Under the pieces are notes generated by a model. It did not search any database and was not told where the DNA came from. It worked only from the letters and a program-made list of their open reading frames with translations. Shown here one piece after another: positions 34,660-41,851 of a stretch of DNA of 41,851 nt (its first letter is position 1; each line of letters opens with the position of its first letter). Both the position numbers and the translations under genes were made by a program. Location of the stretch: IMG/VR virus record IMGVR_UViG_3300042807_000154, positions 1-41,851 of that record; one strand, written 5' to 3'. The stretch is from a virus (taxonomy: Duplodnaviria; Caudoviricetes).

Positions 34660-35317
34660 TGGTTGCCCAGTATTCCTCGAGCATAGGAAAATGTTCTAAC
34701 ACAATCTTCTTGCACTGCTCTGCAATAATCATATGTTCTTTTTGTGTACCATTTGATGCACGTAGGTCAATATAATGAATCCAAGAGCGCAAATTGCCTG
34801 CCATGTACAATGTGCTTTGTGTGAGACCTTCTGGTAGTACTGCACGAGCCTGTTCCTTTGCAATGCCATTATCCAGTGCCCATTTATAAGCGGCCTGTGC
34901 GGCATTACGAACCTTTGCTTGTTGCATGTTCCAGCTTTCTTGCATTTCTGGATCATTGACCTCAACTGAATTCTGACGATTCTTAGTATCTTGTAGACGT
35001 GCTTCTCTATCACACCCGATGTTCTCTGCTACAGCATAACGCTGGCTGAACTCTTGGAAGCTGAAGCTACGATGGCGTAGAATCTGTCGTGCAATATCAC
35101 GTGTGGTTTTAATTTCCAACGTCATATGCACCATCTCAAACGGACTCCAGTGCTTTTCTCTAATTAGATACTTTAGCAGTTTAGGTGCTGTTTGTGTATT
35201 GTTTTGGTTAGCCGGATTGCTAACTCGTGCTGTGTATGCAACTAGGTCGCCTGGTGTAAAACACTCAGTAATGGCACTAGGCTTGGTTACGCCAATTAAA
35301 TTTACTTCACTCTTCAT
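34649..35317 (-). CDS. thyX: Flavin-dependent thymidylate synthase
   Basis: HWSPFE, RHRSFSFQEFSQRY, EQARAVLP. Confidence 0.96.
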   Translation of the reverse strand: MKSEVNLIGVTKPSAITECFTPGDLVAYTARVSNPANQNNTQTAPKLLKYLIREKHWSPFEMVHMTLEIKTTRDIARQILRHRSFSFQEFSQRYAVAENIGCDREARLQDTKNRQNSVEVNDPEMQESWNMQQAKVRNAAQAAYKWALDNGIAKEQARAVLPEGLTQSTLYMAGNLRSWIHYIDLRASNGTQKEHMIIAEQCKKIVLEHFPMLEEYWATNED

Positions 35318-35603
35318 CTGTTACGGCCTCATAGGTTTGTTCAAAAATATCTGGCTTGCAAGGATAGAACTCACCTTGCACCCCTTTAATAATCCAATCG
35401 CCCTCTGTAGCAATATGCTTCACAGTTAGATGCTCACCATCTTCCAGTGTACCGATCTCAACTTCACCTTTAGCGTTAGGGTGGCGAGCCTTAGCAAACT
35501 GTCCTAGTGCATAGCCGCAAAACTCTTGTAAGCGTCTAATGCCTTCACCGGTGTACACAAACTGTACTGCTTCAATTACTACTGGTTTCTTTCTGTATTT
35601 CAT
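35307..35603 (-). CDS. PGDYG-like phage protein
   Basis: MKYRKKPVVIEAVQ..GDWIIKGVQGEFYPCKPDIFEQTYE; start trimmed to 35603. Confidence 0.8.
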   Translation of the reverse strand: MKYRKKPVVIEAVQFVYTGEGIRRLQEFCGYALGQFAKARHPNAKGEVEIGTLEDGEHLTVKHIATEGDWIIKGVQGEFYPCKPDIFEQTYEAVTDEE

Positions 35604-35790
35604 TTTTAAATTCCATATATGGCGCAATGTCATTATCAAATATCTGTGCCATTGTAATCCAAATAGCCTTGCGCTCTGTTTCTGTGACACCACTATTTAA
35701 AGTGTACATCTTGTCGTCCTCACTAATCGTGAGTCCGTAGTCATGCCTATAAGTGAAGCACATGCTGTTAATAATTTGTTCTCTAGTCAT
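35572..35790 (-). CDS. Hypothetical protein
   Basis: 72-aa ORF in the early-type gene run. Confidence 0.7.
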   Translation of the reverse strand: MTREQIINSMCFTYRHDYGLTISEDDKMYTLNSGVTETERKAIWITMAQIFDNDIAPYMEFKNEIQKETSSN

Positions 35791-35800
35791 TGCTTTTATC

Positions 35801-36070
35801 TTAATTTAAATTAATTACAGGAGGAGGACGGAATCGAAACTTTGTTTTTGTCTCAATGGTGTTTTTCATATCCTCTGTCATGTACACTGATACATACACA
35901 GCAGAGTTGTTGTAATTGTGATTAAATACCCACACCTCGCCAATGTGTGCGCCAGTAGAGAGAACTGCATTAAAAAATGTTCCCATACTGGACTTAGAAA
36001 GATTAGGACTATGGTGGTCATCTGTGTGCCACCAAGTTGCACCTTTCTGTGTTAGTCTTATGGGGGGCAT
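35801..36070 (-). CDS. Hypothetical protein
   Basis: 89 aa; GGAG RBS; TGATG coupling. Confidence 0.7.
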   Translation of the reverse strand: MPPIRLTQKGATWWHTDDHHSPNLSKSSMGTFFNAVLSTGAHIGEVWVFNHNYNNSAVYVSVYMTEDMKNTIETKTKFRFRPPPVINLN

Positions 36071-36240
36071 CAGCGCATCTCCATTCTAACACAACCATAA
36101 TGACGGCGTGATCTAAATGCCGTCCACAGTGCGGCTAGCAAACTCTCACCACGATACAGTTCTTTGTAGTACCATTCGTCTTCACCGATACAGAGCCTAT
36201 CGCCATACGTCCAACCATATACTTCATATGTATTACCCAT
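36070..36240 (-). CDS. Hypothetical protein (56 aa)
   Basis: Not in the track. MGNTYEVYGWTYGDRLCIGEDEWYYKELYRGESLLAALWTAFRSRRHYGCVRMEMR; coupled at both ends; GGAGG RBS. Confidence 0.75.
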   Translation of the reverse strand: MGNTYEVYGWTYGDRLCIGEDEWYYKELYRGESLLAALWTAFRSRRHYGCVRMEMR

Positions 36241-36485
36241 TAGTTGCCTCCTGCTAGAATATGAATAGCTACATCATCTGGATCTAACTTGATAGACTCC
36301 CGTGGATATTTGTTCTTTTCATAATTACGACTACCAGTAGGAAAACGCTTAACCTTAATCATCTTTTGATTGAGTTTGGTTACTCGTCCTAGCATAAGGC
36401 CGTTATAGTCTGCTACAGCGACCATGTCCCCTAATTCAATGAGCTTGCCAATTCTGTCGTAGTGTACTGGTGCTTCTTTTGCCAT
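36240..36485 (-). CDS. Small SH3/KOW-like hypothetical protein
   Basis: DRIGKLIELGDMVAV..GRVTKL pattern. Confidence 0.6.
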   Translation of the reverse strand: MAKEAPVHYDRIGKLIELGDMVAVADYNGLMLGRVTKLNQKMIKVKRFPTGSRNYEKNKYPRESIKLDPDDVAIHILAGGN

Positions 36486-36487
36486 AT

Positions 36488-36937
36488 CTATCCCTTGATC
36501 TCGTTTAGGAAGTATTCCATTGTAGCAGGACCCAATGACCGCAACTCTTTAACTAGTTCACTAACGCGATGATTTTGCCATCCTTCTGCAATAGTCTTTG
36601 TTTTTTCACTGCGGATAACATCAGCAACAAAGCCATTTATACTGCCGTACTTCACAGCCTTTTCAATCCATGCATGATTTACTTTCATACTTTTGGAGTG
36701 ATCAAAACTCCACCCGTCTTTGTGTTCAATCTTAGCACAAGGTTCGTCTTTGCGATTATAACTGTCTGGGCCGCCCATGCAACTTAGAACGGTATAACTG
36801 TCCTCTTCCTTATCAGCATCTACTACAATAAAATAAGGGCAGAACATTTCCTGCCAGTAGTCGCCGGGCTGTGGATTATCCAGCGCATCAATATTCTTAA
36901 TATCTTGCGCCCTTGTTGTGTCAGTTTCAAACAGCAT
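36488..36937 (-). CDS. Hypothetical protein
   Basis: 149-aa ORF; no recognised motif. Confidence 0.7.
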   Translation of the reverse strand: MLFETDTTRAQDIKNIDALDNPQPGDYWQEMFCPYFIVVDADKEEDSYTVLSCMGGPDSYNRKDEPCAKIEHKDGWSFDHSKSMKVNHAWIEKAVKYGSINGFVADVIRSEKTKTIAEGWQNHRVSELVKELRSLGPATMEYFLNEIKG

Positions 36938-37052
36938 TTAATATAACCTTATTAAGTACACCAATTAACATTGCAAATACAGGAACGAGCAGCAAGCTAA
37001 GACCAAACACTACTAATAGTGTGAGAACAAAGCCTACTGCTCGCTGTATCAT
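36927..37052 (-). CDS. Small membrane protein (41 aa)
   Basis: Not in the track. MIQRAVGFVLTLLVVFGLSLLLVPVFAMLIGVLNKVILNAV; fills the gap after the SPFH gene. Confidence 0.6.
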   Translation of the reverse strand: MIQRAVGFVLTLLVVFGLSLLLVPVFAMLIGVLNKVILNAV

Positions 37053-37058
37053 TTTAGA

Positions 37059-37859
37059 TTACTTGCCTACGTTTACAATACCCTTGAAGTCGTAAGGGAC
37101 AACAATGGTCTGTACCTTACCAGCCTTAACAGCTTCTGCAAGAGTAACCAATGCAGTTGCTTCCATGTACTTGGTAGCACCAGCGTTAGCGTTAAGTGCC
37201 GCAATACGTTCAGCTTCTAGCTTTGCAGTCTTAACTTCAACTTCCTTCTGCTTCATCTCGTTCTGAGCACGAACCAATGCATTAGCACTTGCTACAATGC
37301 TTTCAGCCGGAGTAATCTGACGTACCAACACCTGCGAAATAGTAATTGAGTTGCCTAGCTTTTCTTCGTTGAGGCTTTCAACAATCTCCTGACGGATTAA
37401 GTTCTCAATTTCAGCGCGGTTGTCTGCCATCTTCAATGACTCATACTTACGTGCAACCTTGTAGGCAGCATTACGAGTAAGCTGGAAGATATAGTTATAC
37501 ATTAGCAATGTATCACCGTCTTCAGTTACAGCATGGAAGCCACGGTTCTTAGTAGTATAGATTTCTGCAACACTAGTTGGGCTTACACTGTAGACAACAC
37601 TCATATCAAAGTCTGCTACAGTCGAGTTGTCAGATGCAAGTGGTGTCATATCCTTAACATCAACCTGCACATCCTTAACTGGGAAAGTTAGAACATCGCC
37701 AACAATGGTCTGGTTAAAACTACCTGGTAGGAGCTCACCTTGCTTGACCTGCTTGTCAAAGCCAACGCGAACACCTACTTCACCAGTTTCAATACGTGTA
37801 CAACCCGTTGCGGCAAGACCAATAGCAATGACCAGCGGGGCAATTAGAAAACGCTTCAT
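37059..37859 (-). CDS. SPFH/band-7 (prohibitin-like) lipoprotein
   Basis: Signal peptide with lipobox LAATGC, IETGEVGVRV, C-terminal coiled coil; GAGGA RBS. Confidence 0.88.
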   Translation of the reverse strand: MKRFLIAPLVIAIGLAATGCTRIETGEVGVRVGFDKQVKQGELLPGSFNQTIVGDVLTFPVKDVQVDVKDMTPLASDNSTVADFDMSVVYSVSPTSVAEIYTTKNRGFHAVTEDGDTLLMYNYIFQLTRNAAYKVARKYESLKMADNRAEIENLIRQEIVESLNEEKLGNSITISQVLVRQITPAESIVASANALVRAQNEMKQKEVEVKTAKLEAERIAALNANAGATKYMEATALVTLAEAVKAGKVQTIVVPYDFKGIVNVGK

Positions 37860-37877
37860 AAATTAATATCCTCTTAG

Positions 37878-38054
37878 TTAAAACAATACGACCATTGCAA
37901 CAATTATCAACATTGCTACAATACTACATAGTATACTGTAAAGAACAGTCTTTGTCAAGTCTAATTTTTCCTGTCCTGTCATTGCAATGAAACCTTTAAT
38001 ACCAAAAAAGAAAATTGCAAACAATGCAAGGAATAAAAATAATACTCTAATCAT
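37878..38054 (-). CDS. Small two-TM membrane protein (58 aa)
   Basis: Not in the track. MIRVLFLFLALFAIFFFGIKGFIAMTGQEKLDLTKTVLYSILCSIVAMLIIVAMVVLF; GAGG RBS. Confidence 0.75.
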   Translation of the reverse strand: MIRVLFLFLALFAIFFFGIKGFIAMTGQEKLDLTKTVLYSILCSIVAMLIIVAMVVLF

Positions 38055-38063
38055 TACTACCTC

Positions 38064-38297
38064 TTAGTATTCTGGGGCTGAGTAGCCCGATGTCTTGGAA
38101 TAGATAGCGAATCCATCTAAACCGTATGCAGGGCATACCATAATTTTTTCTGGTAGTCCCATATCATCTTTTGCACCTGCTTCACCGCAGATAAAGTATA
38201 CACCTTCTAGCTTTTCAGCTGACAAGTGTCGCAACATTTTATGTACTCGGCGTAGCTGTGCAAGTTCGCCTTCGTATGCTTCTAATTCTAAGTTCAT
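38064..38297 (-). CDS. Hypothetical protein
   Basis: 77 aa; ATGA-coupled to the upstream gene. Confidence 0.7.
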   Translation of the reverse strand: MNLELEAYEGELAQLRRVHKMLRHLSAEKLEGVYFICGEAGAKDDMGLPEKIMVCPAYGLDGFAIYSKTSGYSAPEY

Positions 38298-38998
38298 ATT
38301 CCTGCTGCCTCACATGCTGTTCTAACTGCATCAACTTCTTCTGAGTTATTAGCAAACACCTTCATCCAGAACTTAGCGTTAATGATATTATCAATCATCT
38401 TAACCTGCTCACTGCTGAAGCGAGTAAGCAGTTGATCGCCAGTATCGCTCAAGTATAGTAGCCACGGACTAATCTTTGCACTTCTAATATCATGCACTGC
38501 TCTAGGTGTGCTAACTATTTTAAAGTACTCTTGCCAGTCTGTGCTGTTATCTTCGCCCCATTCAGCAAGATAAAGTATGCTACGCTCTAGCGCACGAAGA
38601 CCAGTTTCCTTCTTTACATACTCTAACAAAAACTCGTTATACAAACTATCTTTGCTCCAGTCTGCTAACTTCTTGCCATTTTTGATTAGCCACTCAGCAA
38701 ACTTTTCTGGTTCAAGATATTCGTTGCGTACACAACTGCGTCCAAACTTAACAAAGCCTTCGTAGTATTGACTACGAATAAAATCTTCCATACTTTTAGA
38801 TTTACTGGCCACAGTGTTGAGCTCATAAAACATTTGAAACACGCGATAGCCTAGTCGAACATGTGTCATTTCTCTGTCAGCCCAACGCCGCTTCTTTGGA
38901 CACATGTGGGCGCTTAGAGTTCGCTCGTTGCGAAACTCCTTCTCGCACCATTTGCAGGTTGTATCACTTTCCAAAGATGTCTTTAATTGACTTGTCAT
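38294..38998 (-). CDS. C2H2-type zinc-finger protein
   Basis: CKWCEKEFRNERTLSAHMC at the N-terminus; helical remainder. Confidence 0.7.
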   Translation of the reverse strand: MTSQLKTSLESDTTCKWCEKEFRNERTLSAHMCPKKRRWADREMTHVRLGYRVFQMFYELNTVASKSKSMEDFIRSQYYEGFVKFGRSCVRNEYLEPEKFAEWLIKNGKKLADWSKDSLYNEFLLEYVKKETGLRALERSILYLAEWGEDNSTDWQEYFKIVSTPRAVHDIRSAKISPWLLYLSDTGDQLLTRFSSEQVKMIDNIINAKFWMKVFANNSEEVDAVRTACEAAGI

Positions 38999-39437
38999 CG
39001 TATCCGTGTGCTTCCGCTAGTTTAGCCAAATCTTCCTTTGTGTTAATAGTTAGCAACATATCAATCTCACTACTTTTAAAATGAGGATAGATGTCACTGA
39101 CAAATTCACGAACTTTGTCTTTCTTCTTTTTGCTATTAGGCGGCTTGATATAAGGATGGAACTCAACTTTACCAGACCCTGCCGCAGTCATTAGTAGCCA
39201 TTGTAGCTCTGGATGTTTGCTTACATCGCTAAAGTTCTTGTTAACAAGTTCATTAACCATAAACAAATAATGAGCAGCATTTCGACCTTGTGCGCTACTA
39301 GCATAACGCATCATCATCCAGGGCACAAAGGCTTTCTTCTGTTCATCAGTCAAACGACTGTAAAAGCCTCTGTCCTTTTTGTCTAGTGCTGCCATAATAT
39401 CCTTTAGCGGGATAGCAGGTTCTTTTTTAGTTGTCAT
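38964..39437 (-). CDS. Clamp-loader small subunit (T4 gp62-like)
   Basis: FVPWMMMRYAS..VNELVN..HPELQWLL..YIKP pattern and size. Confidence 0.6.
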   Translation of the reverse strand: MTTKKEPAIPLKDIMAALDKKDRGFYSRLTDEQKKAFVPWMMMRYASSAQGRNAAHYLFMVNELVNKNFSDVSKHPELQWLLMTAAGSGKVEFHPYIKPPNSKKKKDKVREFVSDIYPHFKSSEIDMLLTINTKEDLAKLAEAHGYDDKSIKDIFGK

Positions 39438-40537
39438 AGATTAATGTCTAAGTCTACTTGTTCCCAAGGCAAATTGTCTTTGCCAAAGTGACCATAGTTC
39501 GTTGTATCAGTTAATTGTACACTAAACAGGTCGAACTTGTCAATGATTCCTTTTGGCGTTAGGTCAACATTTTTTAGGATCCAATCGGTTAACGCTCGAC
39601 TGTTACCGTTGCTTTCAACATAAAAGCTCATTGGTTCTTTAACACCAATTGCATAGCTAACTTGGCATGTGGCCCAATCTGCATGTCCACTTGCCACAAT
39701 GTTCTTAGCAAGGTAACGCATCATATAAGCGGCACTGCGGTCTACTTTGGTAGGGTCCTTTCCACTAAAAGCGCCGCCACCATGAGGACTATAGCCACCG
39801 TATGTGTCTACAATAATCTTACGACCAGTGAGCCCTGTGTCGCCGTCTGGACCACCAATAACAAAACGCCCAGTAGGATTAATGTAAAACTCGGTGGCAT
39901 TGTCTACAAGTTCAGCTGGCAAGACTCTTAGGATGATATCTTTAACATACTTACGAACGTTTTCAATGTCCATATCGTCACTGTGCTGTGTGCTACACAC
40001 AACTTTAGCAATTCGTACCGGGGTCGCGTTATCGTCATATTCGAACGTCACTTGGCTCTTTGAATCCGGTCCCATCCACTTTGCACCGTTCCTACGGTAA
40101 GCAGTAAGTGCTTCCACGATACGGTGACTGTAATAGATTGCGGAAGGCATATAGTTAGGTGTTTCACGACAAGCATAACCAAACATAAGACCTTGGTCGC
40201 CTGCGCCAAAGTCATCAGTACCTAGTGCAATGTCTACGCTCTGAGCATGTAGTTCGTTATAGATCTTCAACTTGTCCCAATGGAAGCCGTCTTGTTCATA
40301 ACCAATCTGCTTTACTGTGTTACGCACAATGTCTGCAATCACACTCTTATCAATTTCTTTAGTGCTTTTATATTCACCGGCTAGCGTTACCATGTTAGTA
40401 GTGACCAATGTTTCTACTGCGGCACGATGATTCGGATTCTTGTCCAAAATATGTGTTGCCACTGCATCACTAATCAAATCGGCAACCTTATCAGAATGCC
40501 CCTCACTTACGCTCTCACTTGTAAAAAAATAACTCAT
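39434..40537 (-). CDS. metK: S-adenosylmethionine synthetase
   Basis: FTSESVSEGHSDK, GAGDQG, GLTGRKIIVDTYGG, GGGAFSGKDPTKVDRS. Confidence 0.97.
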   Translation of the reverse strand: MSYFFTSESVSEGHSDKVADLISDAVATHILDKNPNHRAAVETLVTTNMVTLAGEYKSTKEIDKSVIADIVRNTVKQIGYEQDGFHWDKLKIYNELHAQSVDIALGTDDFGAGDQGLMFGYACRETPNYMPSAIYYSHRIVEALTAYRRNGAKWMGPDSKSQVTFEYDDNATPVRIAKVVCSTQHSDDMDIENVRKYVKDIILRVLPAELVDNATEFYINPTGRFVIGGPDGDTGLTGRKIIVDTYGGYSPHGGGAFSGKDPTKVDRSAAYMMRYLAKNIVASGHADWATCQVSYAIGVKEPMSFYVESNGNSRALTDWILKNVDLTPKGIIDKFDLFSVQLTDTTNYGHFGKDNLPWEQVDLDINL

Positions 40538-41094
40538 TATTCATCCTTTTCATATTCAATTACGCTGAATGTCTTTACGCTTTGTTCTTGTAGCTTTACT
40601 GTGCCACCTAGAAAACTTAAATCAATTACACAAGCATAACATACATCAATAGGATGAATATTAAACTTCTTGAGTAACTCTACGATAGCTAAACCTGTGC
40701 CGCCAGTGGCGCTAACGTCGTCTACAATAAGAACGTTGCTAAGTGCGCTAAGTGGTGCGTTCTCTTTCATATGCAAGCTGGTGCTAGAATACTCATACTC
40801 AAACTCGTAACCGACTGTTGGGGGAGGTAGCTTGCCTGGTTTACGTATTAGATGCAGCGGCACACCTAAATTGAGTGCTACAGGACTACCCCAAATAAAT
40901 CCCCTAGCATCGGCTGCTACTATATCAGTGATATTATTAGCCCTAGCAAACGCTGTAATAGCGTCTACAGTGGTTTTAAAAGCAGTTGGCTTATATAGTA
41001 AGCTAGTAACGTCTTTGTACTGTATGCCCGGAATAGGAAAGTCTGGGATTGGTGTTATTTCACACTTTAACTTAAAAGGATCAGTATCGCGCAT
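40537..41094 (-). CDS. apt: Adenine phosphoribosyltransferase
   Basis: IPDFPIPGIQYKD, DARGF, RKPGKLP, VLIVDDVSATGGT. Confidence 0.93.
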   Translation of the reverse strand: MRDTDPFKLKCEITPIPDFPIPGIQYKDVTSLLYKPTAFKTTVDAITAFARANNITDIVAADARGFIWGSPVALNLGVPLHLIRKPGKLPPPTVGYEFEYEYSSTSLHMKENAPLSALSNVLIVDDVSATGGTGLAIVELLKKFNIHPIDVCYACVIDLSFLGGTVKLQEQSVKTFSVIEYEKDE

Positions 41095-41591
41095 TAGATC
41101 AAATCCCCAATGTCAATGTCTTGAACTTTATTTGCTTCTTTAACAAAGTATGCACAGCGAGGCTTTGGGCCATCTTCTAGCGGTACTGCTAACAAATGTC
41201 CATTCTTTAACTTAGGAAAATACCATTTTACATCTTGATAGATGTTAGTAATAGCAATTTCTTTGGCACCAGCCGATCTAGTTGCCAAAGGGTTCATTAC
41301 AAATGCCTGAAACCCTCTGTTGTTTAAACTTGCTAAAGGAATAACTTCGAAACCACTGTATTCCTCATCACAAATTAATATGCTCCAATCCATAGGCATC
41401 TGCACAGTCTTATCGCCAATCTGCAAACAGATAGCAGGAGCATGAAAGCTCTCTAAAAAGATTAGTGGTAAAAAGTAAAAGTCAATGTCGTTTCGATCAC
41501 TTGCATCCAATACACAATACCTAATATCATCTATTTCGTTTGGTACGGTATCTAAGTCGTATGCCTTGTTATCAACTGTTAGTATTTTCAT
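41094..41591 (-). CDS. Hypothetical phage protein
   Basis: 165 aa, beta-rich, GGA RBS, TAATG-coupled to apt. Confidence 0.75.
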   Translation of the reverse strand: MKILTVDNKAYDLDTVPNEIDDIRYCVLDASDRNDIDFYFLPLIFLESFHAPAICLQIGDKTVQMPMDWSILICDEEYSGFEVIPLASLNNRGFQAFVMNPLATRSAGAKEIAITNIYQDVKWYFPKLKNGHLLAVPLEDGPKPRCAYFVKEANKVQDIDIGDLI

Positions 41592-41613
41592 AGTTTTTCC
41601 AATGTTGTATTAA

Positions 41614-41851
41614 TTATTTTTGTTTGATGTGCTGTAAAATAAGTTCTTTACGAGGTATTACTATTGTATCTAATACACTTGTTAATTCTTCTTTTTGTAC
41701 ATCACTAAGATTAATTATATCTAAATGTGGCGGGTACGTAAGTATGCGGCAGTACCAATCAACACCTAAACCATTATTGAACTCAGCAAGATCTTTTATA
41801 CCGTGCCCGTTGTTCTTGTGGCTTACTGAATTTATTTTTAGCTGCAAATTT
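41614..41851 (-). CDS. 3' end of a gene entering from outside the window, possibly a radical SAM C-terminus
   Basis: Frame open to the window edge; INSVSHKNN and LTYPPHLDI resemble the late strands of phage radical SAM proteins. Confidence 0.4.
   Translation of the reverse strand, partial: NLQLKINSVSHKNNGHGIKDLAEFNNGLGVDWYCRILTYPPHLDIINLSDVQKEELTSVLDTIVIPRKELILQHIKQK

Noticed and set aside
4140-35693. Longer N-termini given by the track for the radical SAM (4187), primase (32828), 291-aa (33726) and 128-aa (35693) ORFs
   Set aside because: They run through promoters or neighbouring genes; downstream ATGs fit translational coupling, promoter spacing or family N-termini better.
926-41143. Many 60-185 aa ORFs in the track that are antisense or out of frame to long genes (e.g. 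19557-20114, 27724-28221, 34729-35013)
   Set aside because: They lie within well-supported genes, lack RBS or motifs, and have shadow-frame composition.
1-41851. Stop-codon reassignment as in some jumbo phages
   Set aside because: Code 11 gives full-length conserved genes and dense tiling; TAA, TGA and TAG all end genes at sensible positions.
1-41851. tRNA, rRNA or other structured ncRNA genes
   Set aside because: Intergenic gaps are short and explained by promoters, terminators or small ORFs; no cloverleaf seen by eye (tRNAscan/Infernal not run).

Overview
This is an AT-rich, densely coded segment of a large myovirus-type (jumbo) phage genome, almost all on the - strand. The gene content is class Ia NrdA/NrdB plus glutaredoxin, PAAR, a gp41-like helicase, a primase, a gp62-like clamp-loader subunit, ThyX, MetK, APRT, SPFH and a 190-aa mini PolIII-alpha. 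By inference this resembles RaK2/GAP32-type jumbo phages. The most striking structure is a ~16 kb late cluster (13.7-29.7 kb). About a dozen of its ORFs begin with a T4 capsid-targeting-like leader (M-[KR]-hydrophobic-x-[ED]...hydrophobic-x-E). Several are polyproteins whose modules are separated by prohead-protease-like hydrophobic-x-E sites. The apparent cargo is an ADP-ribosyltransferase, a P-loop kinase plus HAD phosphatase, a KxDG ligase-like enzyme, an Fe/Mn SOD, an amidoligase, a PD-(D/E)XK nuclease and many small Cys/basic modules. Two promoter classes are visible (TTGACT..TATAAT-type sigma70 and an ATAAATA late box). Several promoters are spaced to give leaderless mRNAs, and a T4-style RBS-sequestering hairpin sits on a tail gene. 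Six ORFs missing from the supplied track were read by hand. No tRNA, rRNA, CRISPR array, intron or intein was seen. All family calls come from motif recognition, not database searches.
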